Source of the DNA: Octopus vulgaris
Taxonomy: Eukaryota
DNA length: 64,000 bases
Direction of reading: 5' to 3'
Assembly: GCA_951406725.2 (NCBI GenBank)
Contig: OX597823.1
Location: 15,624,001-15,688,000 of the forward strand
A model generated the notes under the pieces. That model had not been told where the DNA came from. It saw nothing but the letters and a program-made list of their open reading frames with translations, and made no database searches. Of this stretch, positions 26,900-39,349 are shown piece by piece (positions within the stretch are counted from its first letter, which is position 1; every line of letters starts with the position of its first letter). The position numbers were made by a program, and so were the translations under genes.

Positions 26900-28330
26900 G
26901 GAAAGAGATTTGCCAATGTTCTACAGCATGAGGATCGAAGGCATGAGGTGTTCACGATTGCAAAACAGTGCATCAAATAGAACAGAGATGTTGTTGGTGA
27001 GAAACGTGTGTGAATGGATAATGGTATGCTTGCACTTAGCGATTCTGAGAAGGAAGCTTCATGGAAATGCCACTATAAAAGGTTGCCAAATGTAGAGAAT
27101 GTAAATATAGAACCAATCGAGGGACCAGCCATCAGAATCTACAGCAGTAAGATCGATAAGGTAATTAAGGATATGAAGACAGGGAAAGTTCTCGGACCAT
27201 CAGGAATCACTGCTGAGATGCTTAAAATATCTGGCAGAGTGGGATGTGGCCTAGTCACTTGCATAAATTAATCAGGTTATCCAGGAAGGTGTCATGTCCA
27301 ACAACTCGTGTAACAGTATTTTAGTTAGCTACTACAAGGATAAAGCTGATGCCTTAGATAAAAACAACTACAGATATATCAGACTCTAACTCTCATGAAA
27401 GTTAGAGAGAGAGTTATAGCTCGATTGACTAAGAACAGAATTAAACTAAAGGAAATGCAGTTTGGTTTTGTGTTTGGGAAGGGTACCACAGATGTCATCT
27501 TCCTAGTGAGACAACTGCAGGAGAAGTATCTGGCCAAAAGTAAACCACTGTACTTAGCTTTCATCAACCTGGAGAAAGATTTTGTCAGAGTCTCTTGCTC
27601 TGTTGTCTGGTAGTCTCTAAGGGTGTTAGGAGTAGATGAGTGGCTTGTTAGAGCTGTACATGCCGTGTATAGTGGTGCTATCAGTAAGCTGAGAGTCAGC
27701 CAAGAGTACAGTGATGAATCTAGTGTACAGGTAGGGGTTCACTATGGCTCAGTTCTCAGTCCACTCTTATTCATCATAGTCCTCTAGGCCATAACAGACA
27801 AATTTAAAACTGGCTGCATGAAGGAACTACTGTGCTGATGACCTCACCCCTATAACAGAATCTGTAACAGAATTGGAGAAGAAATTCCAGGTATGGAAGC
27901 AAAACCTGGAATCAAAGGGCCTTAAAATTAATCTAGTAAACATCAAAGTTGTTGACAGTAAGAAAGCAGATAAGACTCTCTTTCCATCAGGTAAATAGCC
28001 CGCTTGATATGTAGGAAAGGTGTTGGAAATTTCATTCATCATGCCCAATACAAGCTATGGATACATAAGAGGTGCAGTGGAATCACAGGTAGATTCAATG
28101 AGGACGTCGTCTTCATATGTAGCAGATGCATAGGAACAATAAGAATTAAGAACACATGGGAATTAGACTCTCTCAAATGCCCAGGAGGCTCTCTTGAGGT
28201 TGTAGATATTGACCAAATTAGCAGTGGTGGAGGATGTTCTGAAAGTATTGATGCTAGAATTAGAATAGGATGAAAGAAGTTCAGAGAGTTATTACCTCTG
28301 TTGGCATCAAAAGGACACTCTCTACATGGC
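26900..28330 (+). mobile_element. Degenerate RTE-clade LINE reverse transcriptase
   Basis: Motifs MKTGKxxGPSGITAEMLK, QFGFxxGKGTTDVIFLVRQLQEKY, LAFINLEKxF, GSVLSPLLFIIV and ADDL (~27834), with stops and frameshifts. Confidence 0.9.
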
Positions 28331-28608
28331 ACAATGCTGATGCTATGAAAAAAGCTACTCTGTAAAGTGGTTGGCATTAGAAAGGGGTATCCAGTCATAA
28401 AAACCAGGCCAAAACAGACCTTGCCAGTGCTGGTGCTACATGAAAAGCAACTAGTACACTTTGTAAAGTGGTTGACATCACCACATAATTGGGCTCGTCT
28501 GTCCTTTTGATAGAGCAATTAACCAGACCAATTTTAATTCTGTGGATTCATAAACAGTTTAAGACAGCATGCATGTTTTACAACAAAATATATAAGTTAG
28601 CCAACAGA

Positions 28609-28905
28609 TCTTTTACTTGTTTCGCTCATTAGACTGTTGCCATGCTGGAGCACTGTCTTGAAAGGTTTGGTCAAACAAACCTACTCCAGTACTTATAAGT
28701 CTGGTACTTGTTCTACCAGTCTCTTTTGCTAAGCCACTTAATTACAGGAAAGTAAACAAACCAATACCAGCTGTCAAGTGGTAGCAGGGGATAAACACAC
28801 ACACACATGCAACAAGCTTCTTTTAGTTTCCATCTACCAAATCCACTTACAAAGCTTTGGTCAACCCAGGGTTATATTAAAAGACACTTACCCAAAGTGC
28901 CACAC
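28609..28905 (-). mobile_element. SINE family A, diverged
   Basis: Tail cttttacttgtttc...gccatgctggagcac and body caaatccacttacaaagctttggtc. Confidence 0.7.
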
Positions 28906-29172
28906 ACGGAGAGAAAAAGGGGTTAGTTGAATTAATTTCAATCCTATGTTGGGATTTTATCAGTGAAAAAGTAACAATCAAGACATCATTCGAAAAAGTG
29001 CGCATGAAATGCATGTGGTGCACTTGCCCCTTCCTTGGCACCAAGAAAGAGGAATGGATACTTTGATAGTTTGGTGACTAAGAATGTATGAGAGAGAGGG
29101 AGGGTGTGTACACAAAGTAGACTCAACAGAGGAACAAGCTATTTGAAGTTAGCTATATTGTTAAAAGCACAA

Positions 29173-29400
29173 TTAACCCTTTTGTTACCAACCCGGCTGA
29201 AACCGGCTCTAGCAATGAGTACAAATGTCTTGTTTTCATAAGTTTTGAATTAAAATCTTCCACCAAACCTTAGTCACAGTTTATGTTCCTAACACCAGCT
29301 TAATGATAACGAAGTTATGTTACTAAATTCTTTGTTATATTTGAAGTAATTGAAAGAAACACAGAGCATCTCAAAATAAATACAGTAACGAAAGGGATGA
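29173..29400. mobile_element. piggyBac-type MITE family 2
   Basis: Near-identical to 16157-16385, with the right TTAA mutated. Confidence 0.85.
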
Positions 29401-29404
29401 GAGC

Positions 29405-29830
29405 AAGGGAAGCTGGACCATCAAGGATAGTCACTAAGATGCTGAAAATAACCTGTAAAGCAGAAAGAACATCTGTCTGTCAGTCACTTGGGTAGCGCTG
29501 AATGAGTTAAACCCAATGACAGACATAACAACCTATCATCAACAACTGCTACTAGGACAAAGGACACATTCTAGAAAAATGTAACTATAGAAGTGACATA
29601 AAATTAATGGACCAGAAAATGAAAGTAACAATAATAGCACAACAGACTAGGAGGAGAATTCGTTGAGATGAATTACATTTTGAGTTTATACCTGGATGAG
29701 GGTACCGCCATTGGTCTCTTCTTAATAAGACAACCACAAGGGAAATTCTTAGCTAAGCCACTATACCTAGCTTTTGTCAACCTAGAGAAGGTGCCAAGCT
29801 GACCAAGAAGGATAATGTGGAAGACAAAAA
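29405..29830 (+). mobile_element. Highly decayed RTE RT fragment
   Basis: Residual motifs AGPSRI..MLK and FLAKPLYLAFVNLEK, homologous to 27180-27580. Confidence 0.6.
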
Positions 29831-29979
29831 GGTATGTAGAGATGGTAAAAGCTAGACTTAAGAAGCATAACATTACAAAGGAAATGACATGACTGCAACA
29901 AATAGTTCAACACTGCACTAGACGAAACTCTTCCAACCTATACCAGCAAGGAAAAGCAGACTAAAATATTGAGCTACAC

Positions 29980-30282
29980 TTATACATTCACATATACACA
30001 CACATATATATATATATATGCATGCATACATACATGAATGTCCAAATACATATACATACATACACAGGCATTTATACATTATATATATATATATGTATAT
30101 ATATACATACACACATACATATATACATGCATGTTCATATAGATGTATGATCGCAGCATCCTGTATGCGTATGTGTATATAGATGTATACATATATAAAC
30201 ATATATACACATAAACATATATATATACATACATATAAACATATATACATATATACACATACACACAAATATATGCATACAC

Positions 30283-30318
<36 letters not shown>

Positions 30319-30352
30319 GCGTAATATATATGTATGTATACATACATATATG
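29980..30352. repeat. Compound (TA/CA/CATA)n microsatellite field
   Basis: Low-complexity alternating purine-pyrimidine sequence that produces spurious YIYI ORFs. Confidence 0.9.
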
Positions 30353-32389
30353 TCACACCGATCGATGGCAAGAAAAAAGTGATATTCATATTCTGTCATT
30401 AACCAATAATAATATCATAATATCCTCGTCTGTTCTTCGTGTACGGGGGTGGGAGGTAAAGAATCCGATCGTTTTTTGTTTTTACTTTTCTATTTTTTAT
30501 TCAATAAATGCAATTGACATACGATATGATCCTTAATTACTCTCCACAGAATACAGAACCCATGCAGATAGTAATTACTAAAAAGACCTGACCAGGTAAA
30601 GAACACGCTACAGCACTGACGTAGTCGAACATACAGGATGCTGCGACCATCGTCGGCTTTTAATTGCTTTAAGCATATTAATATTTACAGTAACAAATCC
30701 ATGAGCCTTTGAATATCTTTAAGGCTCTCATACTGGGAAATTATCTATTATTCAGTCCATACATACATACATGGATAGATAAATACACACAGACAGACAG
30801 ATAGACGTACGAGTCTGATTTTTGTTATAAAGCGGGAGTTATGTCAACTGACTCAGTTTTATCAATTGTGCTTTATTTTATCAATACTATAGATAAATGT
30901 TAAAGATATTTTCAGAGACTAGAACAAGCAGTCTCTAATATATCGATCCCTCTCGTCTATGACCGGTACCGTTATTTCACCGACTACGAAAGAATGAAAG
31001 CCGAAGTTGACCTCAGACCGTAAAGGGCCGCAACTGAATACCGCAAGGTATTTCGTCCAATAAACAATAATTATAATTTCTTAAGACACAAAATTAGAAA
31101 TCGGACGGTGGAGGTAAATCGATTTAATCGATGATTCTCAGAGCTTGACAAGTATTTTATTGCATCGATTCCTGAAAGATGAACTGCAAAGTGAACCTCG
31201 ACGAGGTTTGAACTCTGCACGTAAAGCACTGCAACATACACTGCTCTGAAACGATCGGCCAACCACCCGCCCTTTTATAAAAAATAATTAATTTGATTTT
31301 GATATGGGCACAAAAGACTAAGTTTTTTTTTTTTTCTTTTTCTTTTGGTGGGTGGGTGGGATTATTAACTGAATAAATGTACCCCAGTACTTGACTGGCA
31401 CTTTATCATTTCCCAGAAGGATGAAAAGTCTTCAAATACTGAAATCAAAAACATCGCCTAATTCCTTCCTCAAAATCTCAGGATCTGTGCCTACGCGAGA
31501 AAAAAAAAATCATTATGACGTTGCCTTTCATCCCCTTAGGGGGTCGATAAAATAAGTACCAGCTGAGTACTGGGGTTGATGTAATCGACTGGCCTTCTCC
31601 CACAAAATTTCAGGCCTTGTGCCTATAATAGAAAGGATTATCATCATTATTATTGCTCAAACCCTAAGGTAATTGTAGAAGCTTGTAATAAACCATTTCT
31701 AATCGATTGACACAAGCTCACATTTTAAGGAGGGTGTACATAGCCAATGCAAGCGAGATTTGAACGTACAAGAATTTAGTCCAGTGCTCTACACATTTCT
31801 TTCGACTAGACAGAAGTAGAATGAGGGGTATATAATCGATTGTTGCAATCCTCAACATATTTTTTTTTTACTTGACCTCTGGGTGGGAAGAAAGCAACCC
31901 TGAGAAATATTGATAGCACTTGCGATGCCTTGCCATGTATACATATAGCTGTGTCCCTTGGTATTTTACGTTTAAATACCACCGAACGTTTAGCATTTTT
32001 TTTATCTTCCTGGGATCGAGATAGGTCGATCAAAATCAATTACTAATCAAGTATTGAAAAGGGAGATGAGAACAATATCTCCATCTACTCTCAAAAAATA
32101 TTCGTGATCATTTTTGCCTATTAGAAATCAATTAAGATTGTGATTGTTTAACTCCAAGTCACCCAATATTTACGATCAAACACATAACTTAATTTCAAGC
32201 ATAATGTAGTCTATGAGCACTCTCTCTATCTATCTATCTATCTATCTATCTCTCTAATGGTATAATGTGATTTGAAGATTTAGCTGTTATTTCTAGCATA
32301 CTAAGCGACCACGTAGAGGCTCGTTCGTTGGTTCGACTGATGTCTGTGCTGTTGATGAAGAAAGAATTAAATTGCCGGTTAATACTTAC

Positions 32390-32503
32390 GGTGTGGTTAA
32401 TGCCCCACATAAAGACACTGAGGAGAGGTTCATTAGCTCTGAACAGCTTCACTTTTTGTTGGACAGTTTTCATTTTAAGGTGCTTCCTTTTGGCACTAGC
32501 CAT
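32390..32503 (-). CDS. PIP4K2: First coding exon (38 aa) of phosphatidylinositol 5-phosphate 4-kinase type 2
   Basis: Translates [38 protein letters not shown], matching the conserved PIP4K2 N-terminal motif [22 protein letters not shown]. Ends at a phase-0 donor ACC|GTAAGT (intron starts 32389), exactly where similarity stops. Possible 5'UTR acceptor TTTAG|G at 32543/32542. Confidence 0.93.
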
Positions 32504-33750
32504 GTCTGTTGGTTTATTGTTTGGTTGGTTCCTTTATTATTCCTAAATGATCACAAAATTCGAGGGTCGGGAGAGAGAGAGAAATCACTCACAGACTCAC
32601 CACAAAAAAAAACACAAGATAAATTAGAGCAGGTGCAGTGTTTGGAATTCTATCACAGCAGCCTGCACAAGACTTTCAGCTAAAATAACCAGACATCCTC
32701 CAGTGGGGGATGAGAATTAAAGTGATGCTGTTCGTATACAGTTAAGTACATACAACTGTGTGGGAGTGTGTAGATAGTGGTATATATGTATATGTGTATA
32801 TATATATATATGTATATATGTATATATATGTGTATGTGTGTGTATGTATGTATGTATTTATGCAACTGAGATGTGTGGAATCGTATAACGGTGGGAAATG
32901 GTGTTCAGTAGAAATACAAATATTCACATATACATATGTGTGTATGTATGTATATATACATACATATATATATGAATGTATATGTATATATATATGTGTG
33001 TGTGTGTGTGTGTATGTTTATATTACAAGTGAATATAAATCCGCCTCTTATAAAGCAGATGGTTTCAGATTATGACAGATCTTTGTCGGGTTCTGCTTTT
33101 GTTTTGTTTTGATTTTTTTTGGTTGTTTTGGTTTTGGTTTTTCTCCTTTTAAATCCTGTTTCGTGAGTCATATAATAAATCCCAATACGAAGGAACGAGA
33201 AAGCATGTTGTTGTTGTTGTTCTTGTGTTACTGTTGTGGTGGCGGCGGCAGTGGTTGTGGAGTGTTGCTTTTTGCTTTTTGATGTTTGTTCTTAAATATA
33301 TCAGAGGAGGCGGTGCGGTGTTTTCAGATGATGAATACCGCGATTTCAAAAATAAAAAAAGTCAACTCTTAAAGTAAATCCATAAAGGAACAAATATACA
33401 AATACAACAAAACCAAAATACAACAAACAAGTCCACCCCTGGACAGTTCAGCTATTGAAAAGGGGTTTGTTGTTTGGTTCTCTCTCTATCTCTCGTTCCC
33501 TTAATTTTTTCTTCTCTTTCTCCCTTTCAAACTATCGCTTGACTCGGTATAAATGTTTGGTTTGGTTTTTGTGGGTTTTTTTAACTCTTTCAAGCGCTAA
33601 ACTATGTTTTTCTTATTGTTTCTTAACGATAAACCGTATTCAGGTTTACGTTTGTTTTGCTCCACGGATGAATAATCCTCCATAATTAATTAAATTATCC
33701 GTCTTCAATTTCTCCGTTGGATTCTTTGAAAATTTGACAGACAGACTGAC
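32504..33750 (-). promoter_or_regulatory. Probable 5'UTR/promoter region of PIP4K2
   Basis: Directly upstream of the ATG exon, poor in interspersed repeats, and retains CpGs (ggcggcggc, ggcggtgcgg, taccgcg) unlike most of the window. Confidence 0.5.
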
Positions 33751-34150
33751 AGACAGATAGGTAGGTAGGTAGGTAATAGATAGATATACAAACACACATA
33801 TATATACACACATATATATATATATATGTATGTGTGTAATTACAGAGCTGTGTGTCTTCCAAGACAAGTGAGTGGACAAAAGTGATGGAGGTTAATAAAT
33901 GAATAGCAAACGGGGAAAGAGAGAAAGAGTGGGAGGTGGGAGAAAAACAAAATGTTCTTCCAGTGGATAAGTGGTGTCTGCCCAAAACACACCACTGGCC
34001 AGGGATTGTACCGCTGGTCTGTCCTACTTATTTCACTGTCGCCCCTGGCCGTCACTTTTACTCCTCCACTTGTCTAAGTACTATACCAAAATGGCGATGA
34101 TTTCTCTGGATTTCCCAGCAGGCCTTGCCAGATTCTATTTCCAAGGGAGA

Positions 34151-34537
34151 TCACTGCACTGTGTTTTTTTTTTTTCCCCCTTAACACTATCACTACTTTC
34201 TCTCATGGTTTGCAAACAGCAGAGCTTCCAATTCCCACCACTCTCTGTCTCTCACTCTTCCTCTCTCTCTATCTCTCAGCCTATCTCTCTTTGTTTCTCT
34301 GCCTATCTCTCTCTGTCTCTCTGCCTATATCTCTCTATCTCTCTCTGTGTCTCTGCCTATATCTCTCTATCTCTCTCTGTCTATCTGCCTATCTCTCTCT
34401 GTTTCTCTGCATCTCTCTCATCCTCGGTCTTTCACTGCACTGTTTTTTTTTTCCCCAACACTATCACTACTTTCCCTCGTGGTGCAAACAGCAGAGCTTC
34501 CAATTTCCACCACTCTCTGTCTCACTCTGCCTCTTTC

Positions 34538-34574
<37 letters not shown>

Positions 34575-34640
34575 ATCTCTCTCTGTTTCTCTGCCTCTCT
34601 CTCTCCTCCTCGGTCTGTCTCTCTTCATCTTCTTTCTCTA
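34151..34640. repeat. Tandem duplication (281-bp period) with CT-rich tracts
   Basis: tcactgcact...aacactatcactactttc...gcaaacagcagagcttccaatt begins at 34151 and again at 34432, each followed by (CT)-rich sequence. Confidence 0.8.
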
Positions 34641-35929
34641 TCTCATTATTTTCGTGCTAGGGCGACAAGTTGTTGTTATTGTTTAGCCTGAAGTCAGCCC
34701 TAAATGAGAAGAACTATGATAAAAGGCGTCCCAACCTTGACCACCTTGTTTTTGTTTTGTTTTTTTACGGTAGTAAATGAATTGGAGGAAATTTAGCTTC
34801 TATCTCTAGCCGATAGCGTAATGGTGCAGAGGCACCCAGAAGTTAGCAAAAAAGGTATAGCCATAAGGTTGTATTAAACATGTTTCATTTTATTTGTTTG
34901 GTTTCATTCCACTACATTCTGAGTTCAAAATTCTTCTGGGATTATTTTTTTGCCATTGCAAAATTGATTAAAGAGAGTACCAGTAATATATTACAATTTA
35001 TTGTACTTCTTCCTTTTTACTGTCGTCTTCCTCCTCCTCCTTTTCGAATTAATAAAATAAAGAAGAATCATTATTCATTGGTTTCATTCATTGATTGTAA
35101 CTAAAAAATTTTTCCGCATTCTGGTATGACATTGTTATTGTTTAACACCAGGTCAGCCCTGAATGAGCAGCCCATGATCAAAGACATTCCAAACAAGACC
35201 ACCCTGACTGTTTAGCAGTAAGGAATATTTTATCCTATTTCTTAATTACCCACAAGGGGCTAAACATAGAAGGGACAAACAAAGACAGACATAGGTATTA
35301 AGTCGATTACTTCGACCCCAGTGCGTAACTGGTACTTAATTTATCGACCCCGAAAGGATGAAAGGCAAAGTCGACCCAATGCAGCATACCTTTCTCAAGG
35401 TAGTGGAGGTGTACATTTGAGGGAGATTTAGTTGTTATTTCCAATAGATCGAGCAACAAGGTCTAAGACCTCACAGAAATAGCAGAGGGAGAGCAATGGA
35501 CAGAGATCACCAATGCAGAAATGGGACCCTTACAGCTAGCAATGGAGATAGGAAGTAGCTGAATCCAAGACAATGAAAAAGAAACAGAAAGTGTTAATGA
35601 GAATCAGAAAGATTTTTCTACATGAGGATTATAGCCAGATTGACAATTAACAATTAAGGCAGTTGAAGAGGAGATAAACTCAGGAGTCAAGCTATAGATA
35701 TCAGCATGTGTGTTTTTGTGTGCACATGTGTTTTTGTAAAAGAGAGAAAGATGAAAATTTATCCCAGTAACAGCCAGTGAAAGAGCCATGTGTATTTTAG
35801 CCACTACTGGAACTAATTTTCGTCTCTTTCTGATAATTTATTGTGTTTTTAACAGAACAAGTCTATAAGGGATGTTATCTCAGGACAAATACAGCAATAA
35901 CTGGTCTATCAACTGTATATGTATATATA

Positions 35930-36143
35930 CTCTTTTACTTGTTTCAGTCATTTGACTGTGGCCATGCTGGAGCACCGCCTTTAGTCGAGCAACTCGACCC
36001 CGGGACTTATTCTTTTTGTAAGCCCAGTACTTATTCTATCGGTCTCTTTTGCCGAACCACTAAGTAATGGGGACATAAACACACCAGCATCGGTTGTCAA
36101 GCAATGCTAGGGCGACAAACACAGACACACAACACACACATGC

Positions 36144-36174
<31 letters not shown>

Positions 36175-36338
36175 TGACGGGCTTCTTTCAGTTTCCGTCT
36201 ACCAAATCCACTCACAAGGCTTTGGTCAGCCTGAGGCTATAGTAGAAGACACTTGCCCAAGGTGCCACACAGTGGGACTGAACCTGGAACCATGTGGTTG
36301 GTAAACAAGCTACTTACCACACAGTCACTCCTGCGCCT
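35930..36338 (-). mobile_element. SINE family A, full length
   Basis: Reverse complement of the 49426-49810 copy. Confidence 0.88.
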
Positions 36339-37173
36339 ATGTTGCATTTATGATAAAATAAACATATACAAATTATAAAAATAAAAAAATATACAGTACA
36401 CTACTGATTCTACTTTGCAGATTTTCACCTATCACAGTGGGTTTCGGAACATAACACCCACGATAGTTGGGAGCTTACTGTGCACATATATATGTATGAA
36501 TGCATGCATGTACACATGCACAAACTCATATTCTAAGCCGGTGGCTCACTTGGAGTTTCTGGCTACATATCTCTCAGATCTAAAAGATGACACATGGTGA
36601 AGTTGTTCCCATTAACACTGGGCTGACTGATACTATATGTGTTGGGATACCTAGTACAGTAAGGCTTGTCATGGAGTCAATAAGGTGCTTATTGTTCACT
36701 AGCAGAAAGGTAGAGAGCTGGCAAAATTGTTACCACACTGACCAAAATGCTTACCAGAATTTCTTCTATCTTTACATTCTGAGATCAGATGCCGCCAAGG
36801 TCAACTTTGCCTTTCATCCTCTCAGGATTGATAAAATTAGTGCCAATTGAGCAAGGAGTCAAGGTAATCAATTAATCTTTTCCCAAAAAATTTCAGGCCT
36901 TGTGCCATGATTAAAAAGGATTATTCACTAACAATCCAAATTGATGAAGGAAATAAGTTCTAATGGCATGGGTATATCACACTGCATATCCATCTGAAAT
37001 ATCATGGAAAGGTATTGTCTCTTATGACACACATGAATGACTTAAATTGCATATATCTATTCTTGTTGCCATCAAGTAATGTGTACTAGTCTTCCTGAAC
37101 ATTCTGAGATTATTTTTTTACCATTGCAAACTTGATTAAAGTAGGTACTAGAAATATATTACAATTAATTGTA

Positions 37174-37727
37174 TTGAGTTGTCCGGAAACTTCGTGCCGA
37201 TTTATAGTAGCTTACCTTTCGAATTATTTAAGAACATGGTTTGAGTCCATAAAATAGGATTTGACTACACCTCCATTTAGAGCATAGTTTAAGCTATCTT
37301 TTCATGGAAGAAGGTTTATGTTCCTATAACCTGTGTTAATTCTGTAACCCTTTAAAATGGAAGATAAGAAAGTTCATTTTTGGTACTTGATGCTTTGGGA
37401 ATCAGACAAAAATTGCTGCAGCTTGGCTGGGATGTGTTACCCCACCAGATATTGCTCCTTCGGATTTCCACTTATTCAGGTCTCTGCAGAATAGTCTTAA
37501 TGGTAAAAATTTCAATTCCTTGGATGACGTAAAAAGATACCTTGATGAATTCTTTGCCATGAAACCACCTCAATTCTGGGAAGAGGATATTTTCAAGTTA
37601 AAGGAAAGATGGAGACGCATTGTGCAACAAAATGGTTCATATTTGGTTGATTAAAAATGTAATGGCAAGTACCTATTGACCTTTTTCTTAAATTTAAAAG
37701 TCACCACGAACTTTCCGGACAACCTAA
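37174..37727 (+). mobile_element. Internally deleted mariner (copy 1)
   Basis: TA-flanked TIRs TTGAGTTGTCCGGAAA / TTTCCGGACAACCTAA. Residual transposase PDIAPSDFHLFRSLQN. Confidence 0.9.
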
Positions 37728-37989
37728 TACTTCTTCCCATTTACAGTTGTCTTTTTCCTCCTTCTCCACTAATTAATAGAATAAAGAAGAATCATTGTTC
37801 ATTTATTTTAATTAAATTTTTTTCCCATTCCAGTTCGACAGATCATTCTTGTTGTTTAGCCTCAGGTCAGCCCTGAATGAGCAGTCCATGATCAAAGGCA
37901 TTCCATCCCCATTGAAACAAGGCCAAGTAGGATAGTCATCACTAATCCTTGGCTGAGCCATCTTCCTAATTTGAATGAGGATGGATCTC

Positions 37990-38650
37990 ATATGAACAAG
38001 GTTGATGCAATAAAGTGTACAGTCATCAAATTTGCTACAATATTAGCATTGCCATCTTTCCTAACTGAGCAAAGGGTTATGTAGTTATTATTACAGGAAT
38101 TCTTTCTCCTGCTGTAGAAAGGGCTACTTCCCCTGCTTTGTGGCCTCTGCCACTGCTGATGTAACTCTGCTGTAAATGCCAGTGTTAAGGTTGCTTAAAG
38201 ATGTCTGTCTGTAGTGTAAGAGATGGAGTCTGTGTCACAGGTTGCATATGTGCTACAAAGGACAAGGATGAAAAGCCTTCCCTAGTCTTGGCCTCCAATT
38301 TAGCCAATGATGGTTCTTAGTCTTAGAAAAATTGTACATTCATTGGAAGTCCATAGCGGAATATTATTATGGCATCCACTAAATTATTTTCTCCAAGTAA
38401 CTGATGCATATTTTGCAGGAACCCAGAATCCTTAAGATTGTCCAACTCTTCCAAAGTGAGATGATACAACCGCTTCGGTTCAATGGAAAAGAGTTTGATA
38501 TATAAGTCCCTTCTTCAGAATTGAGCAACTTTTATTGTGTGGCTGCTTGATGATTAGATCTCTTACTTCTTGTGCTAATCTTACTGAAGGGAACTAAATA
38601 ATGTAGGCTGAATGTGTAGCTTCTTTTGTTTCATGTGAAGAACTCAGCCT
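37990..38650 (-). mobile_element. Decayed Ty3/Gypsy gag remnant (CsRn1-like)
   Basis: Minus strand reads LAQEVRDLIIKQP...KRLYHLTLEELDNLKxSGFLQNMHQLLGE, resembling the gag motif AxEVRDL...EELGDRKPSQLLRRMxQLLG, followed by a decayed Cys motif near 38000-38050. Confidence 0.65.
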
Positions 38651-39349
38651 GTGAAAAACAGAGATCTGGGTCATGACACCAGAAAGGAAGTAACTTTGAG
38701 TTTATGGTTGACTAAAAAAAAAAATCAAGCATTGTTTGAGATATGGTGAAAGCAGTAAGTTTGAACTCAGATGAGAAAATTTCAGCTGTTTTTGTTAACA
38801 AGACTGTTCAATGAAAGATCAAGGTCACCTGAGTAGAGCAATGCAAAAAAATATCAATGAACTTGTAAAGGAATGCATTGCCCAATTATGTAAAAAATTT
38901 TTTTTTTAAACTACCTATAAACCCATACTCACAAATCAGAAAAAAAAATTTTCTGATTCAAAGCTGGTTTGAAAATCAAGAGTCACCAATTGCATAACAT
39001 TGAGGACTGTTCAGAAATAACAATCCTACATTATATATGTTTTCTTTTATTCTCCACATACCAACAGAAGACAGACCTCATCTAGTATTATTGGTACAGT
39101 AAACCACAATAGTTAAATAGCATGAGGTTTGTGAGAACAGGTTTGAAATAGGACAATAATTCAAGCATAGAATATAATCAGTTTCAATTTGCAAAGTAAA
39201 GATACAATTTACATAAAAGGTTATGGAAATGTACACATTCCTGTTTTGCAAAGTTAACTCAGCAATTTATGTTATTGAGTAAAGGGTTATTAATATAGTA
39301 ATTTATGTTGTAGAAAAAGGGTTATTAGTATAATTTATTGTTATTATTA

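Noticed and set aside
32246-32389. C-terminal part of the 85-aa ORF 32246-32503
   Set aside because: Read-through past the GTAAGT donor into intron and repeat sequence; no PIP4K similarity.
33971-34691. Longest ORFs in the track (229, 158 and 114 aa)
   Set aside because: Stop-poor CT-rich duplication giving low-complexity Ser/Leu translations.
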